Source: Daphnia carinata
Taxonomy: Eukaryota
Reading direction: 5' to 3'
NCBI RefSeq assembly: GCF_022539665.2
Contig: NC_081331.1
Location: forward strand, 13,826,001-13,890,000
DNA length: 64,000 nt
In this document: one piece after another, positions 1 through 12,135 of the stretch
Numbering within the stretch: position 1 is the stretch's first letter
How the letters are laid out: every line of letters starts with the position of its first letter
Program-made: the position numbers and the translations under genes
The notes under the pieces: model-generated
Told to the model about the DNA's origin: nothing
The model's input: only the letters and a program-made list of their open reading frames with translations
Databases searched by the model: none

Positions 1-375
1 TTAACATTAAACGCCAGTTTGTACCATTGGGCCGTAGTTTTTTTATCAGTGATAGTTAGATCATCTATTGTACGGTATAAAAGACTTGATGAAACAATTT
101 ATGTTTGGTGACGGTGTTGGTTCTCTAGCGCCGTTACTGCGTGTATGTGCGTTACTAATGAATGTTTATCTAATTGCAGGTCTGGGAATGGATGAAAAGA
201 GTGACGCAAAGGTCGCGGCCGTTTGAACAACGTTGGATTGTGATTACACTGGCTGGTTACATGGAAAGGAAACGCTATAAACTCTAAATGGAAATTAGAT
301 GTCCACACGGTGGATTAAAACGGATATGACGACCAATCCCACTCTTTTGGGTAAGTTGAACTTCACAAATATTTC
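1..375. repeat. Local duplication, copy 1 (paralogous to ~3018-3395)
   Basis: Colinear, highly similar sequence starting TTAACATTAAACG...GTTAGATCATCTATTGTAC..TATAAAAGACTTGATGAAACAA through ...CCCACTCTTTT..GGTAAGTTGAA in both places. Confidence 0.9.
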
Positions 376-1080
376 TATTATATTTAAATCAATCACTCAC
401 ATCAAAGCACAAATCAAAGTAACATAATAGAATTACGTGTTGGAAAGGGCATGATATACCCAATCGATACAGACTGAAATAATTTGAATTAAAAAAAGCT
501 TTTTAATTTAAAAAAATATTTGCCAACAATAAAACGATTTATCGCTCACGCGGGAAATGTCCGTGGAATGGTGGGGTGGAGAGCCGGAAGTTAAAGTAGC
601 GTGCGATTCTATAAGATACATGTTAATATGAATCAAAGGCAATCTAAAATCACGCGAGAAAGGAGTGGGCTTGTACGTCGTATCCATATTAAATTTAATC
701 TACATTTTATAATCGACGTGGACACCTATAGTTTCCTCCATTAGTAAGGTGTTTAATCCCAGTATCCCAGTTTAGTTTTGAATCGTTTCAATGGAACGAA
801 AATACTTCATTTCGATTACAAAAACGAACGCAATGATAAAAAGAACAAATGTAATTTATGCTTTGTGTATTCAGTTCCCTATTTATCTGAATAGTTTTCA
901 AATTGGATGAATAGTTACGTATTTGTAATACATTCGAATAGTGGGACGTGTAGGGATAATCGTGTGCCGAAAATAATAGAACGTTCACAAATCCCGGCTA
1001 CTAAGGGTTTCATTATTCTCTTCGATCTACTGCTAGATGGCTTTTGCGCAGAAGATTCAAAGAAATATTAGATTTTTCTG

Positions 1081-1470
1081 TTAGTTGAACTGTTCGGAGA
1101 TAGGAGCAGGGAAGTCGTACACGATGGTGTTCTTAACAACCTCAATAGAAGCAGGAACTGCAATAGCAACTGGTGCAGGGGCAGGCGCCGAAATGCGAGC
1201 AGGGAAGTCATATTCCACCTTGACTGGTGCAGGTGCAGGAGCAGAGATGGGAGCAGGGAAGTCGTACTTAACTTTAACGGGGGCAGGTGCAGCGTATGCA
1301 ACTGAAGAAGGAACTGCAATTTTGAAAGATGCAGAAGCAGAGATGGGAGCAGGGAAGTCACGCACAAAGTACAGAGCGGCACCGGGCACCTCAAAAGCGA
1401 CCTCCTGCACGTTGACTTCGCTCGGGTGCTGGGCAGTCACCTGTAGGGTAATCTCGGAGACGCTTCCATA
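1081..1470 (-). pseudogene. Truncated, rearranged fragment of a family A (YDFPAP-repeat) cuticular protein gene
   Basis: Encodes SVSEITLQVTAQHPSEVNVQEVAFEVP followed by degenerate YDFPAPIS repeats. No signal peptide or first microexon; homology ends abruptly near 1094. Confidence 0.85.
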
Positions 1471-2560
1471 ATCGTCAAGTGTACCAAATTTACTCCGGAA
1501 AAGGCGAGAGTACAAGCCTCTGCTTGCTCGGTTTGACGTTTTGTAGCTTAACAAGCAACCGAAATAATAAAAATGTAATGCTGAAAAAGAGGTACGCTGT
1601 TACGTGAAACGGGACGTATTAATTTCAAAAAATTATACATTTTAATGTCTAGCTTTTACGAGCTACTTGGGTGCCCAGAGGCCAATCAGTCAATAACAAG
1701 TTGGAACGTCAAAGTGTACAACAAATTTCAAAATAGAACTGTTTTTCTTACTTAGATCTATGTTGAGGCATTGGTGGAGGTGTAGGTAAATGGTCACGGT
1801 TGGAGAAAACTCCTTCAGCATCAATTTCGTCCATAACGAAATCGAGAATATTCTCCAGTTCGCGCAGGTTGATTTGAGCAGCACATGCGAAGACTAACAG
1901 ACTCAGGAAAACGCTCAGCCTGCCGTACTGAATCGAGCAAAAGAACGCTTAGTAACAATGTTTTACGTATTGTACGTTCATTTGATACAAAAGAGTTGAC
2001 GTATAAGTATGCAATACGTGATGGATACAAGACCTACCATTTTGCTTAATGTTTAACAGAAAATTCTATTTCACGTGAGTAGTGACACTGGAAGCTTCTG
2101 TTTTTGCTACTGACTGTTTACCGTTTTATATACAGACTTCGTTTTTTAAAAAATGACGCACAGACCGAGAGCCAATGACAGAAAGTAGTGCGTGCAAAAC
2201 AATGTTATTGTGTACAGTCACCTTTATGAAACGTGTGGCGCTACTGACGAGCGAAAGCCGGTGATGCATCAAAACTTTGCGTGGAATAAGGTAACACCTG
2301 TGTGAGGTGTGCGATCCAATTCCGGGATGAAATGCGCCATACGAATACAGCCTGTGTAAAATGAAATCGTTGCGATGAATCCACGAACTCATTTTGTAGA
2401 TGGCTGTGCTACACACCGTCAAATTCAATGTCCAAATATTTTAATGATCACGTAAAACCTGGCTCAATGTTCTGGTCGGCTTCGGTACTTGCGTGCGTTG
2501 CATTGACGCACGTGCTAGGGACAAAATGTTTCAGCTGCGCCATGGACGCATCAACCGTGT
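1094..2560. repeat. Segmental duplication of ~1.45 kb, copy 1 (paralogous to ~7682-9140)
   Basis: Long near-identical stretches, for example 1250-1680 vs 7840-8270. The ORF track gives near-identical translations at 1081-1554/7464-8141, 1690-1884/8277-8471 and 2126-2428/8729-9010. Confidence 0.95.
1752..1900 (-). pseudogene. Degenerate exon-like relic resembling the C-terminal end of an RR-1 cuticular protein (second copy ~8340-8487)
   Basis: Minus-strand translation ...DEIDAEGVFSNRDHLPTPPPMPQH, similar to the R&R tail GFxPxGxHLPTPPPIP, followed by a GTAAGA donor-like site. Confidence 0.4.
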
Positions 2561-3017
2561 GACACTTACTGAAACTTCGCTACTTGTAGAAGACTGTCGT
2601 AGCCAACGCAGTTATTACCTTCGTTTCCACCGATATCTGTCATTTCCATTCGTCGAGAACAAAGCGACGAAGGTGACTGGTTTCACACAATTAAATCAAC
2701 TAAGCTGCTAATCACGTTTTCTCTAATAACATTGCCAATGTGACAAGACAGGCCCAACTGCACGAATGAGACCGTTTAGTTAAGCGTGCTAGTCACGTGC
2801 CACCTGGCGACGACCGAGGAGAAGCTTCCCGGTCTTACAGCGGGACACAGTCCAATCACGACCCGAGATTAGGTCATCCGTCTTTTCTATTATGGCTTTT
2901 TTTCATATTTAATTAATTTCTAGCATGAAAGAAATTCTATTCAAAATACATTAAAAGAAGTAAAGAATAAAGTTCATTTATTAAAATTCTCAATTTTATT
3001 TATTTTGTTTGCTTAAT

Positions 3018-3395
3018 TTAACATTAAACGTCAGTTTGTGCCATTGAACGGTAGTTTTTTATCAGTGCTAGTTAGATCATCTATTGTACAGTATAAAAGA
3101 CTTGATGAAACAAATTATGTTTGGTAACGGTGTTGGTTCGCTAGCGCCGTTACTACGTGTATATGCCTTACTAATGAATGTTTCTCTAATTGCAGGCATG
3201 GGAATGGATGAAAAGAGTGACGCAAAGGTCGTAGGAATTTAAACAACGATGGAGTGTGATCACACTGGCTGATTACATGGAGGGAAACGCCATAAACTCT
3301 AAATGGAAATTAGGTGTCCACACGGTGGATTAATACGGATATGGAGACCAAACCCACTCTTTTTTCACGTTACAGGTAAGTTGAATTTCCCAAAT
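3018..3395. repeat. Local duplication, copy 2 (paralogous to 1-375)
   Basis: Direct sequence similarity to 1-375. Confidence 0.9.
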
Positions 3396-3681
3396 ATGTT
3401 TTATGGTTATTTAATAATTTTAGAGTTGTCTCTAAAAGAAAGTTCACCGAACCAGGAGAGTTAGAGTAAGGTGCGATTCCATAAACGACGTCCACAAGCT
3501 CGTTACGACAGATATTTGCATGACCATCTATGAAAACTAAACCTGTAAAACTGTGCAATACTTTGTAGAAATAAAAGACGTTTTCTTACGTTTTACGTTA
3601 TTTATATTTACATCATGCGTTAGATATACAGATATAAATTATAGGACATGTTTTTAAATATTCAATCATGTGTCGGGAATT

Positions 3682-4382
3682 CTAATAGATCTTATAACCC
3701 TTTCCGTTGAAGGGGATGTGAACGGGAGCAACTGGGAGCTCATATTCATGGACGGGAGCGACTGGGAGTTCGTAGACATGGACGGGAGCAACGGGCAAGT
3801 GTTCACCCTTAGGGGCGAAACCAGCCTCATCAGCAGCCCAGGTCAAAGTGAATTTCTCGCCTTCGGGGGAGATCCAGTAGGATGATCCTTTGTTAGTGTT
3901 GCCAAGGACTTCACCGTAGGATTCTTTTCCATAAGAATCGTAGGTGACTCCTTGCATCTTCTTCTGGGCCTGGGACTCTTCGCGGGTGGTGTAGTCAGAC
4001 TGGGCATAGCTGTCGATTGAAATGATTTTTCCAATGAATATCTTAAATTCTTAAATGAATGAGCGTGAAATTGATTAACCTCCACTGGCTGCTGCCATCG
4101 ATGTTGCGCTCATCAGATTGGCTGGTGACGGTGATGTCAGCGTATTTGTTATCCTTGTTGTAGGCTGGTGCGGAGTAGGCTGGTGCGGGGTACTTTGGTG
4201 CTGGGTAGCTCGGAGCTGGGTAGCTGGGCGCCTTGTATTCCGGCTTGTAGCTGGATGGAACAGCGGCAGCGACGGCCAAGAAAGCGGCGAGGACAAACTG
4301 CCGGCAAAGTATCGTCATTCATTTAAAGTCAAAAATATTCTGCTCAAGAATAATTAGGAATAAATTGTCTTACGAGTTTCAT
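3682..4382 (-). CDS. Cuticular protein with R&R chitin-binding consensus (CPR, RR-1-like). Exons 4382-4374, 4297-4080, 4009-3682
   Basis: MKL|FVLAAFLAVAAA signal peptide; YxAP repeats; DGSSQWSYAQSD...KGSSYWISPEGEKFTLTWAADEAGFAPKGEHLPVAP matches the R&R consensus; GT-AG introns; TATA at ~4439-4445 and TCAGTT initiator at ~4413-4408. Confidence 0.93.
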
Positions 4383-4971
4383 GTTGTACTAGGTTGATTT
4401 GATGAACAACTGATGGATATGGTTCTCCATTTTTGGGCTTATATAGTCAAGTGAATGTTAAATTACATTCAATTGACCTAGTTGTTCTGGCAGCCAGATT
4501 TCATTCAAGTAACTAGACTTGGGCGTTGTTCGAGAATACAGCACTCTCACTTTTCACATCAGCCACATTATAGAATTGTTTTAGAAAAACCAACTTGTAG
4601 TTATGGATAACAACTTCTGAGAAGCTTTAACCGATTACGTTGCTACCCCAGCGCAAACGTGTATGAGCGTGAATCACGAATAAGAACTTTGTTCAATTCT
4701 ATGATCGCAGGTTTGAGATGACAATGAATTATTAGGACAAGCATATTATTTTTTGATGCTATTTGCCGAGTGCAATCACTGCATTGCAATAGCCATGGCC
4801 TGGAATGTAAACCATAGTTAACCACCAAAGGACGGTGATCATCGCTTTCAGAACTAGGTCAAGAAAGGAAATGAAATAGAAAACGACACACCCAATTTTT
4901 TTGCCTGCTATTTAAGCCCGTCTGAAAGTGATTGAAGCCATCAGTTGTTCAACTCCTCAACAGCAGACAAC

Positions 4972-5757
4972 ATGAAATTTGTAAACGGCATTTTATTTTT
5001 GATTTTATCGTTTAACAGTTTCATTGCTTATTAAAAAGTTTCAATTTCTTTTCGTAGTTTGTCCTCGCCGCTTTCTTGGCCGTCGCTGCCGCTGTTCCAT
5101 CCAGCTACAAGCCGGAATACAAGGCACCCAGCTATCCTGCCCCAAGCTACTCTGCACCAAAGTACGCAGCACCAGCCTACTCCGCACCAGCATACCCCGC
5201 ACCAGCCTACTCCGCCCCAGCATATTCCGCACCAGCCTACTCCGCGCCAGCCTACTCCGCACCAGCCTACAACAAGGATAACAAATACGGTGGTATCACC
5301 ATCACCAGCCAGTCCGATGTCCGCAACCTCGATGGCAGTAGCCAGTGGAGGTAAGTTAATTTCATTCTTTATATTCGTTAATTTAAGAATTAAAGATAAG
5401 CATATTGTTAAACAAATAATTCTTTCAACTCACAGCTATGCCCAGTCTGACTACACCACCCGTGAGGAGTCCCAGGTTCAGAAGAAGATGCAAGGAGTCT
5501 CCTATGATTCTTATGGAAAAGAATCTTACGGTGAAGTCCTTGGCAACACCAACAAAGGATCATCTTACTGGGTTTCCCCTGAAGGCCAGAAATTCACTTT
5601 GACCTGGACCGCTGATGATGCCGGATTCCAGCCCAAAGGTGACCACTTGCCCGTTGCTCCCGTCCACGAGTACGAGCTCCCAGTTGCCCCCGTTCACGAA
5701 TACGTTCTCCCCGTTGCCCCTGCTCTCCCTTATTCGCGCACTGGACCCGGTTATTAA
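4972..5757 (+). CDS. Cuticular protein with R&R consensus (CPR, RR-1-like), divergent paralog of 3682-4382. Exons 4972-4980, 5058-5350, 5436-5757
   Basis: MKF|FVLAAFLAVAAA signal peptide; expanded YSAPA repeats; KGSSYWVSPEGQKFTLTWTADDAGFQPKGDHLPVAP; canonical introns; initiator TCAGTT at 4941. Confidence 0.93.
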
Positions 5758-6291
5758 GTTGCAAAACTTTTCCTTCGTGAAATGTGAATGGCGTGAGCCA
5801 TGCAAGTCTAACTTATTGATGTCAAATAAACGCAAATTATGTTTTGAAATCTATGCAATATTACAAGGCGAAATGGGGACGATTGGAAGACATTATATAA
5901 TGCTATGAGACTGTCAAATGGGCGTGGTTGATTCCATGTTGATTTAAGCGTCGGCCAACAAATCCGGACAGGTATTTTTGGCAATTCTTATGAATCCTAC
6001 TGGCAGAGTCTGATGGCAACATCTCGATCAACAATTAACGGACTTCTTTATTCACTCATAATGCTTACGGCAACTCATCCAATTTCTACTTGTTTTGCGT
6101 ACCAAAATGTTTATTGTTCTTTGCATCGCTTCTTTTTTCATCGAACATAGTTCGATAAAAGCCGGAAAAAGCAATTGTTGTAATCACATTCAACATTTCC
6201 TTTAGAAATATCTTTATTCGCCAACGTTAAGGGATGAAACGCGACGTGTTATTTCTTGCAGCAGAGCTCGCGTCATCATTAGGATTAAACT

Positions 6292-6960
6292 TTGTGTCGA
6301 CCGCAATTACATGGTTTCCGCATATATCCAACTACAAAAATGGATAACTCAAACCCAAAATTGCGAAACGTTAACGACGAATTTACTTTGACCAACACCG
6401 ACAGGATCCCAAAAATGATTCACTTTGGATTTCAGGGTTTTGCCTCCACTTCAATCACGGCCACGATTCCCAATGGCAAGATTACCGGCCAAGCATCTCA
6501 GGGTACGTCCATTCAGCAACGTCCACCCTGGAATTCATCCTTAATACTCGAAGATGTGCATCCGGCTACCGGCAGTCCACAGGACGTCAAATATAAACAT
6601 TTTAAAGCTCGGCCTGTTCCTCGAAGTCATTACGAACCTTTCCGACCTGTTTTACCTAGCGGCAAACGTCCTCCGGCTGCCAAAGATGCGTCCGATGAAG
6701 TAAGCCAAATTCCGGAAGTCCCACATGACGATCCAATTTTATTGAGGAATAAACTGCAATCGCTGTTTGACCCTGTTAATTATTATTTTAGTCATCGTAC
6801 TTGGCATTTGAAGCCGTCAGTTGGTGAGCATGTTTTTGAAAGCAAGAACATTATGGAAACGGCGGCTGATAAGAACAAGGAGGTGATCATAATCCCGCCA
6901 ATGGCCAAAGTGATAGCAGCGTCAACAACGATAACAAATGCGGTTCAAAGGATAGAATGA
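6292..6960 (+). CDS. Hypothetical orphan ORF (222 aa). Start uncertain; may be a degraded secreted-protein gene
   Basis: Long ORF in AT-rich context. A signal-like MFIVLCIASFF starts at 6107 but I could not splice it in frame. No recognisable domain. Confidence 0.35.
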   Translation: MCRPQLHGFRIYPTTKMDNSNPKLRNVNDEFTLTNTDRIPKMIHFGFQGFASTSITATIPNGKITGQASQGTSIQQRPPWNSSLILEDVHPATGSPQDVKYKHFKARPVPRSHYEPFRPVLPSGKRPPAAKDASDEVSQIPEVPHDDPILLRNKLQSLFDPVNYYFSHRTWHLKPSVGEHVFESKNIMETAADKNKEVIIIPPMAKVIAASTTITNAVQRIE

Positions 6961-7280
6961 CGTCGAATATAAAAATGTTGTGCTGGAGCAAGTGTTACGC
7001 TGTCGTGATTAATTAATCAGTTTATTAATACACACTTTCCGATTACGTTGTGTTTAAGTGTTCCATTATTCTATCCAAATAAGAAATAAATTAATTTGGC
7101 ATTCAAAATCTCCAATTGCTTTATCCAAAAGATATTTTCATTTGTTAGCCAACCTGTCTAAACATTCCCAGTCCAACCAGTTGTTTGCAGTTTAATCGAT
7201 GGAGGTGGCATGTTTAAAAAATATATTTCAGTTCTAATCAACGAACCAATATTTATTTAACATCTCAATCATAATCTGGT

Positions 7281-8060
7281 TTACGCAACATAGGCATAAG
7301 GATAGCTGACATATGGTGATGGGATGGCGTGGTGGGAGACTCCGACGGGGGTGAGGACGCGCTGGACAACGGGGGCCTCGGCGTAGTGGACGCGGGTCTC
7401 AAAAGCGTGAGGGACTATGTGAACTGGAGCAACAGCTACTTGAACTGGAGATGGAGCTTCAACCTAGACTGGTGCTGCGGGAGCAACAGCAACGGGTGCT
7501 GGGACTGGAACAGAAATGGGAGCAGGGGGGTCATACTCAACCTTGACTGGAGCAGGAGCAGCAACACGAACTGTTCCACGAGCAGGAGCTGCGATGTGAG
7601 CAGGGAAATCGTATTCGACTTTAACAGGAGCAGGGGCAGCTACAGCAACCGGAGCAACAGCGTAGGGAATGGGAATTGGTGCGGAGATGAGAACAGGAAA
7701 GTCGTACTCGATGGTGTTCTTAACAACCTCAGCGGGAGCAGCAACGGCAACAGCAACAGGGGCTGGGGCAGGTGCGGAAATGGGAGCAGGGAAGTCGTAT
7801 TCCACCTTGACTGGTGCAGGTGCAGGAGCAGAGATGGGAGCAGGGAAGTCGTACTTAACTTTAACGGGGGCAGGTGCAGCGTATGCAACTGGAGAAGCAA
7901 CTGCAATTTCGAAAGATGCAGAAGCAGAGATGGGCGCAGGGAAGTCACGCACAAAGTACAGAGCGGCACCGGGCACCTCAAAAGCGACCTCCTGCACGTT
8001 GACTTCGCTCGGGTGCTGGGCAGTCACCTGTAGGGTAATCTCGGAGACGCTTCCATAATC
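7281..8060 (-). pseudogene. Chimeric, permuted pseudogene: family A C-terminal module + YDFPAP repeats + [11 protein letters not shown] fused to the family B C-terminus
   Basis: Reads ...[63 protein letters not shown]. In-frame TAG at 7464-7466; no signal exon; 3' flank resembles that of the 9381-9760 gene. Confidence 0.88.
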
Positions 8061-9140
8061 GTCAAGTGTACCAAATTTACTCCGGAAAAGGCGAGAGTAC
8101 AAGCCTCTGCTTGCTCGGTTTGACGTTTTGTAGCTTAACAAGCAGCCGAAATAATAAAAATGTAATGCTGAAAAAGAGGTACGCTGTTACGTGAAACGGG
8201 ACGTATTAATTTCAAAAAATTATACATTTTAATGTCTAGCTTTTACGAGCTACTTGGGTGCCCAGAGGCTATTCAGTCAATAAAAAGTTGGAACGTCAAA
8301 GTGTACAACAAATTTCAAAATAAAACTATTTTTCATACTTAGATCTATGTTCAGGCATTGGTGGAGGTGTAGGTAAATGGTCACGGTTGGAGAAAACTCC
8401 TTCAGCATCAATTTCGTCGATAACGAAATCGAGAATATTCTCCAGTTCGCGCAGTTTGATTTGAGCAGCACATGCGAAGGCTAAAAGACTCAGGAAAACG
8501 CTCAGCCTGTCGTACTGAATCGAGCAAAAGAACGCTTAGTAAAACTGTTTTACGTGCGTTCATTCAAATAACTAATGATACAATAGAGTTGGCGTATAAG
8601 TATGCAATACGTGATGAATACAAGGCCTACCATTTCGCTTAATGTTTAACACAAAATTCTATTTCACCTGAGCAGTGACGCTGGAAGCTTCTGTTTTTGC
8701 TACTGACTGTCCTGCGTTTTATATACAATTATTTTTTTTTTTTTAAATGACGCACAGACCGAGAGCCAATGACAGAAAAGAGTGCGTGCAAAACAATGTT
8801 ATTGTGTACAGTCACCTTTATGAAACGTGTGGCGCTACTGACGAGCGAAAGCCGGTGATGCATCACAACTATGCGTGGAATAAGGCAACACCTGTTGAAG
8901 TGAGGTGAATAATCCAGATCCGATATACGAATATAGCCTATGTAAAATGAAATCGTAGAGATGAACCCACGACTTCGGTAGGTGGTTGTGCTACACACCG
9001 TCGAGTTCAATGTCCAAATATTATGCTTACGTCAAACCTGGCTCAATGTTTTGGTCGACTTCGGTACTTGCGTGCGTTGCATTGACGCACGTGCTAGGGA
9101 CAAAATGTTTCAGCTGCGAGATTTACACATGAAGCGTGTG
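7682..9140. repeat. Segmental duplication, copy 2 (paralogous to ~1094-2560)
   Basis: Direct near-identity with 1094-2560. Confidence 0.95.
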
Positions 9141-9380
9141 TCCTGGACTACGTAAAAAGATTACGTGCCTGCAGTAAAGTTCTACTGTTCGTTATAACTT
9201 TCTCGATTATTTCTTTGTGATCAGTTCTTTACGAAGATAGGTCTCGAAATTGCAAAATATACATAAAAGTATAAGGTTTACTGTTTACCTGTCGGCTAAT
9301 GTCCCAAGTGCCTTATCCAAAAGATATTTTGAAGATAATCAACAAAGCCAATATTTATTTAACAACTCATTCAATCCCAT

Positions 9381-9760
9381 TTACGCAACATAGACAGCCT
9401 GGCCAGCTTTAGCGTCGACTTGAGCCGGTGCGACGAATTGGGTGGCATAAGGATAGCCGAAATATGGGGTGGGGATAGCGTGGTGGGAGACTCCGACGGG
9501 GGTGAGGACGCGCTGGACAACGGGGGTGATGGCGGCGTATGCGTGTCCCTCAACGGTGGAGTAAGCAAAGTTGCCACCCAAGCGGTCGGAGCGGATGATG
9601 GCGCTGTCGTGAGCGGGAGCGCGGACCAAGGTGGTGGCGGGAAGGTAGAAAGCGTTGGCGGCGGCCAAGCAAACCAAGAGGATGGCGACCTGAATTTAAA
9701 AAAACAAAAGAATAACGTTTGTTACGTTGATGAAGAATCAAATTGACTTACAATCTGCAT
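9381..9760 (-). CDS. Family B small secreted putative cuticular protein B1. Exons 9760-9752, 9689-9381
   Basis: MQI|VAILLVCLAAANA signal peptide; core HDSAIIRSDRLGGNFAYSTVEGHAY; GT-AG intron; TATA at ~9828-9835. Confidence 0.9.
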
Positions 9761-11097
9761 GTTGGTTGAGAAGGGAGATTGGTGTTGAAGACAAGATGTG
9801 TGATGTTTCCCTTTCTTTCCTCTTCGCTTTATATAGCACGAGGGCCCCGTGAGGAGAATGAACCACACCCTTTTTGGGGTGTCCTCCTCCGGGATCCCGA
9901 ATTTTACAAGGACACACCACAACACGATGTCCTTACGATGTCATTGCAATATCATGTTGCCGCGTTTCTTTTAGTTAATCATACATTAATGTAACGCTTG
10001 ATTGCGATCATGGTGAATTATTTCGAAATGAATTGTTATTTAAACTCAACAAATTTTAATGGGATGAACGTACGAATTCCTACGATGGGCAATATAATAT
10101 TTCGGTGATTCAAATAAGTGTAGCATAGTTAAATGCTCTTTTTATTCGCTTACATTTAATTTATTATCACAGGGTTTGCTGTGGCCTTAACCTTGGAAGA
10201 TCTCTCAGGTGACATCGGCCTCGCATTCTTTGTGACTGCGCAAACTGGCTCAACTCATCCGTTCATCGCTGTGCGAACAATCTGATCTTTCGTTTTGAAA
10301 CAAACTCACCTTGTCATCCACGCATGCAACTTAAACATTTCCAGCGAAAATGATTTACAATGTAAATAAATACAAGTCTGTGTGCCTGTTGCGGATGGAC
10401 AGAAGACCCTACTTTCACCACTAGCATATACAATTTAAACTGGTACGTGAGACGTGTGGAACCAGTTTACGTCAAGTCCATTTCGTGAATGTTTAAAGGG
10501 CAGATAGCCGTCGGCAACATAAAAAACACAAAGGAGGAACAAGCAGATGCAACTTTTTGTTTTTTTTTTGCTTCTGTTTGAGTGATGTATCGTGAACAAT
10601 TAAATGCGAAGTTTGTGCTTTGATACAACTCGGGACACACCCAAACTAAAACCGGCTAGTTACTCTTCCTTTTCAATTCTTTGTTTTGCAATTTCGAAAA
10701 AAAGAAAAAGAGCGCAAGGATGGTTTATACATGTCGGGAATCGTGACCTTGCCATACGGGAAGACGAGGGAAGCAACGATTTCAAGATCAAGGGCGACGC
10801 CTTGGACGAATATCATTAATTGTGGAGGTGGCTTCGTCCCACCCCCTCCCTTCTATTTCGGTGGAAAACAAAAAATGTGAAAACCTGATAGCGAGGGAGT
10901 TAAGCGGAGAAGCGGAGATGGATGTGAAGTCAAATAGTAGATACGGAATGTTCGACACATTTTAATTCTTTCCGTCGTCAAGGTTAGCGTGAAGATCTAC
11001 TACGCCCATCGCAACTGTTCGTATAAAAACAGATCGCAAGTCCATCATCAATCGTCAGTTACCGACGAGTTCTCAATACACACATCTAAACTTCAAC

Positions 11098-12135
11098 ATG
11101 AACCCTTTGGTAAATAAGAAATTTGAAAATGTCGTCTTAGAAAAGGCTAAGTAAATTGTATGTTTTTAATGACAGATCTTGGTCACCCTTTTGGTTGCGG
11201 CCGCTTCGGCAGCACCTACCAATTTGGTCAATCCCGCCGTGCCATGCGCTCACGGAGTTGCCGCTGTGGCTTACGCCGCTGCACCAGTCCCGGCTGCCCT
11301 GACATACGCCGTCCCTGAGCCCGTACAGGTTGCTGTTCAACCCCAAATCACATACGACTTCCCAGCACCAGTGTCAGCTCCTGCTCCTGCCCCAGTTGCA
11401 ATTGCTGCTCCAGTTGCCGTAGCTGCACCTGCACCCGTTAAAGTTGAGTATGACTTCCCTGCTCCCGTCTCGGCTCCCGCACCAGCACCAGTTGCCGTTG
11501 TTGCTCCAGCTCCTATCGTTTACGCTGCACCTGCACCAGTTCCCGTAGTTGCCCCAGCTCCCGTCAAGGTTGAGTATGACTTCCCTGCTCCCGTTTCTGC
11601 TCCAGTCCCAGCTCCCGTCGCTGTTGCTGCCCCAGCACCACTCACTTACGCTGTTCCAGCACCAGTCCAGGTTGCAGCTCCAGCTCCAGTTCAGGTCGCT
11701 GTCGCACCAGTTCATGTTGTCCCACACGCCTTTGAGACCCGCGTCCACTACGCCGAGACTCCCGTTGTCGTCGGACAAACTGCCCACATCATGAAGCCCA
11801 ACTTGGGAGCTGGTGCCCATGTCACCAACTATGACTTTATGGGACTCGCTCAGACCAAAGGAGCCGCCCAGGAATCCTACGTCCAGAAATCGAAAGTCTT
11901 GGCCCCGGCTCGCAGCGTCTCCGAGATTACTCCACAGGTGACCGTCCAGCACCCGACCAAAGTCAACGTGGAAAAAGTGGCCGTCGATGTGCCCGTAGCC
12001 GCTCCCTACGCTCAGCCTGTCCCTGTTCCAGTGGCTCCTCAATACGAAATCCACCAATACCATCACGCCGTTGCCACTCCCGCTGTCCATATGGTCAACG
12101 GTGTTCCATGCGCGGAACACAAGAAGACCTATTAA
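11098..12135 (+). CDS. Family A Pro/Ala/Val-rich secreted putative cuticular protein A1 (3 YDFPAP repeats). Exons 11098-11109, 11176-12135
   Basis: [16 protein letters not shown] signal peptide; AAPA/V low complexity; TATAAAA at ~11022; TCAGTT initiator at ~11055. Confidence 0.92.

Noticed and set aside
7329..8033. Long plus-strand ORF, and similar ORFs at 11374-12120, 21787-22566, 26624-27106 and 46856-47458
   Set aside because: These are antisense shadows of Pro/Ala/Val-rich coding sequence with biased codons; no independent gene signals
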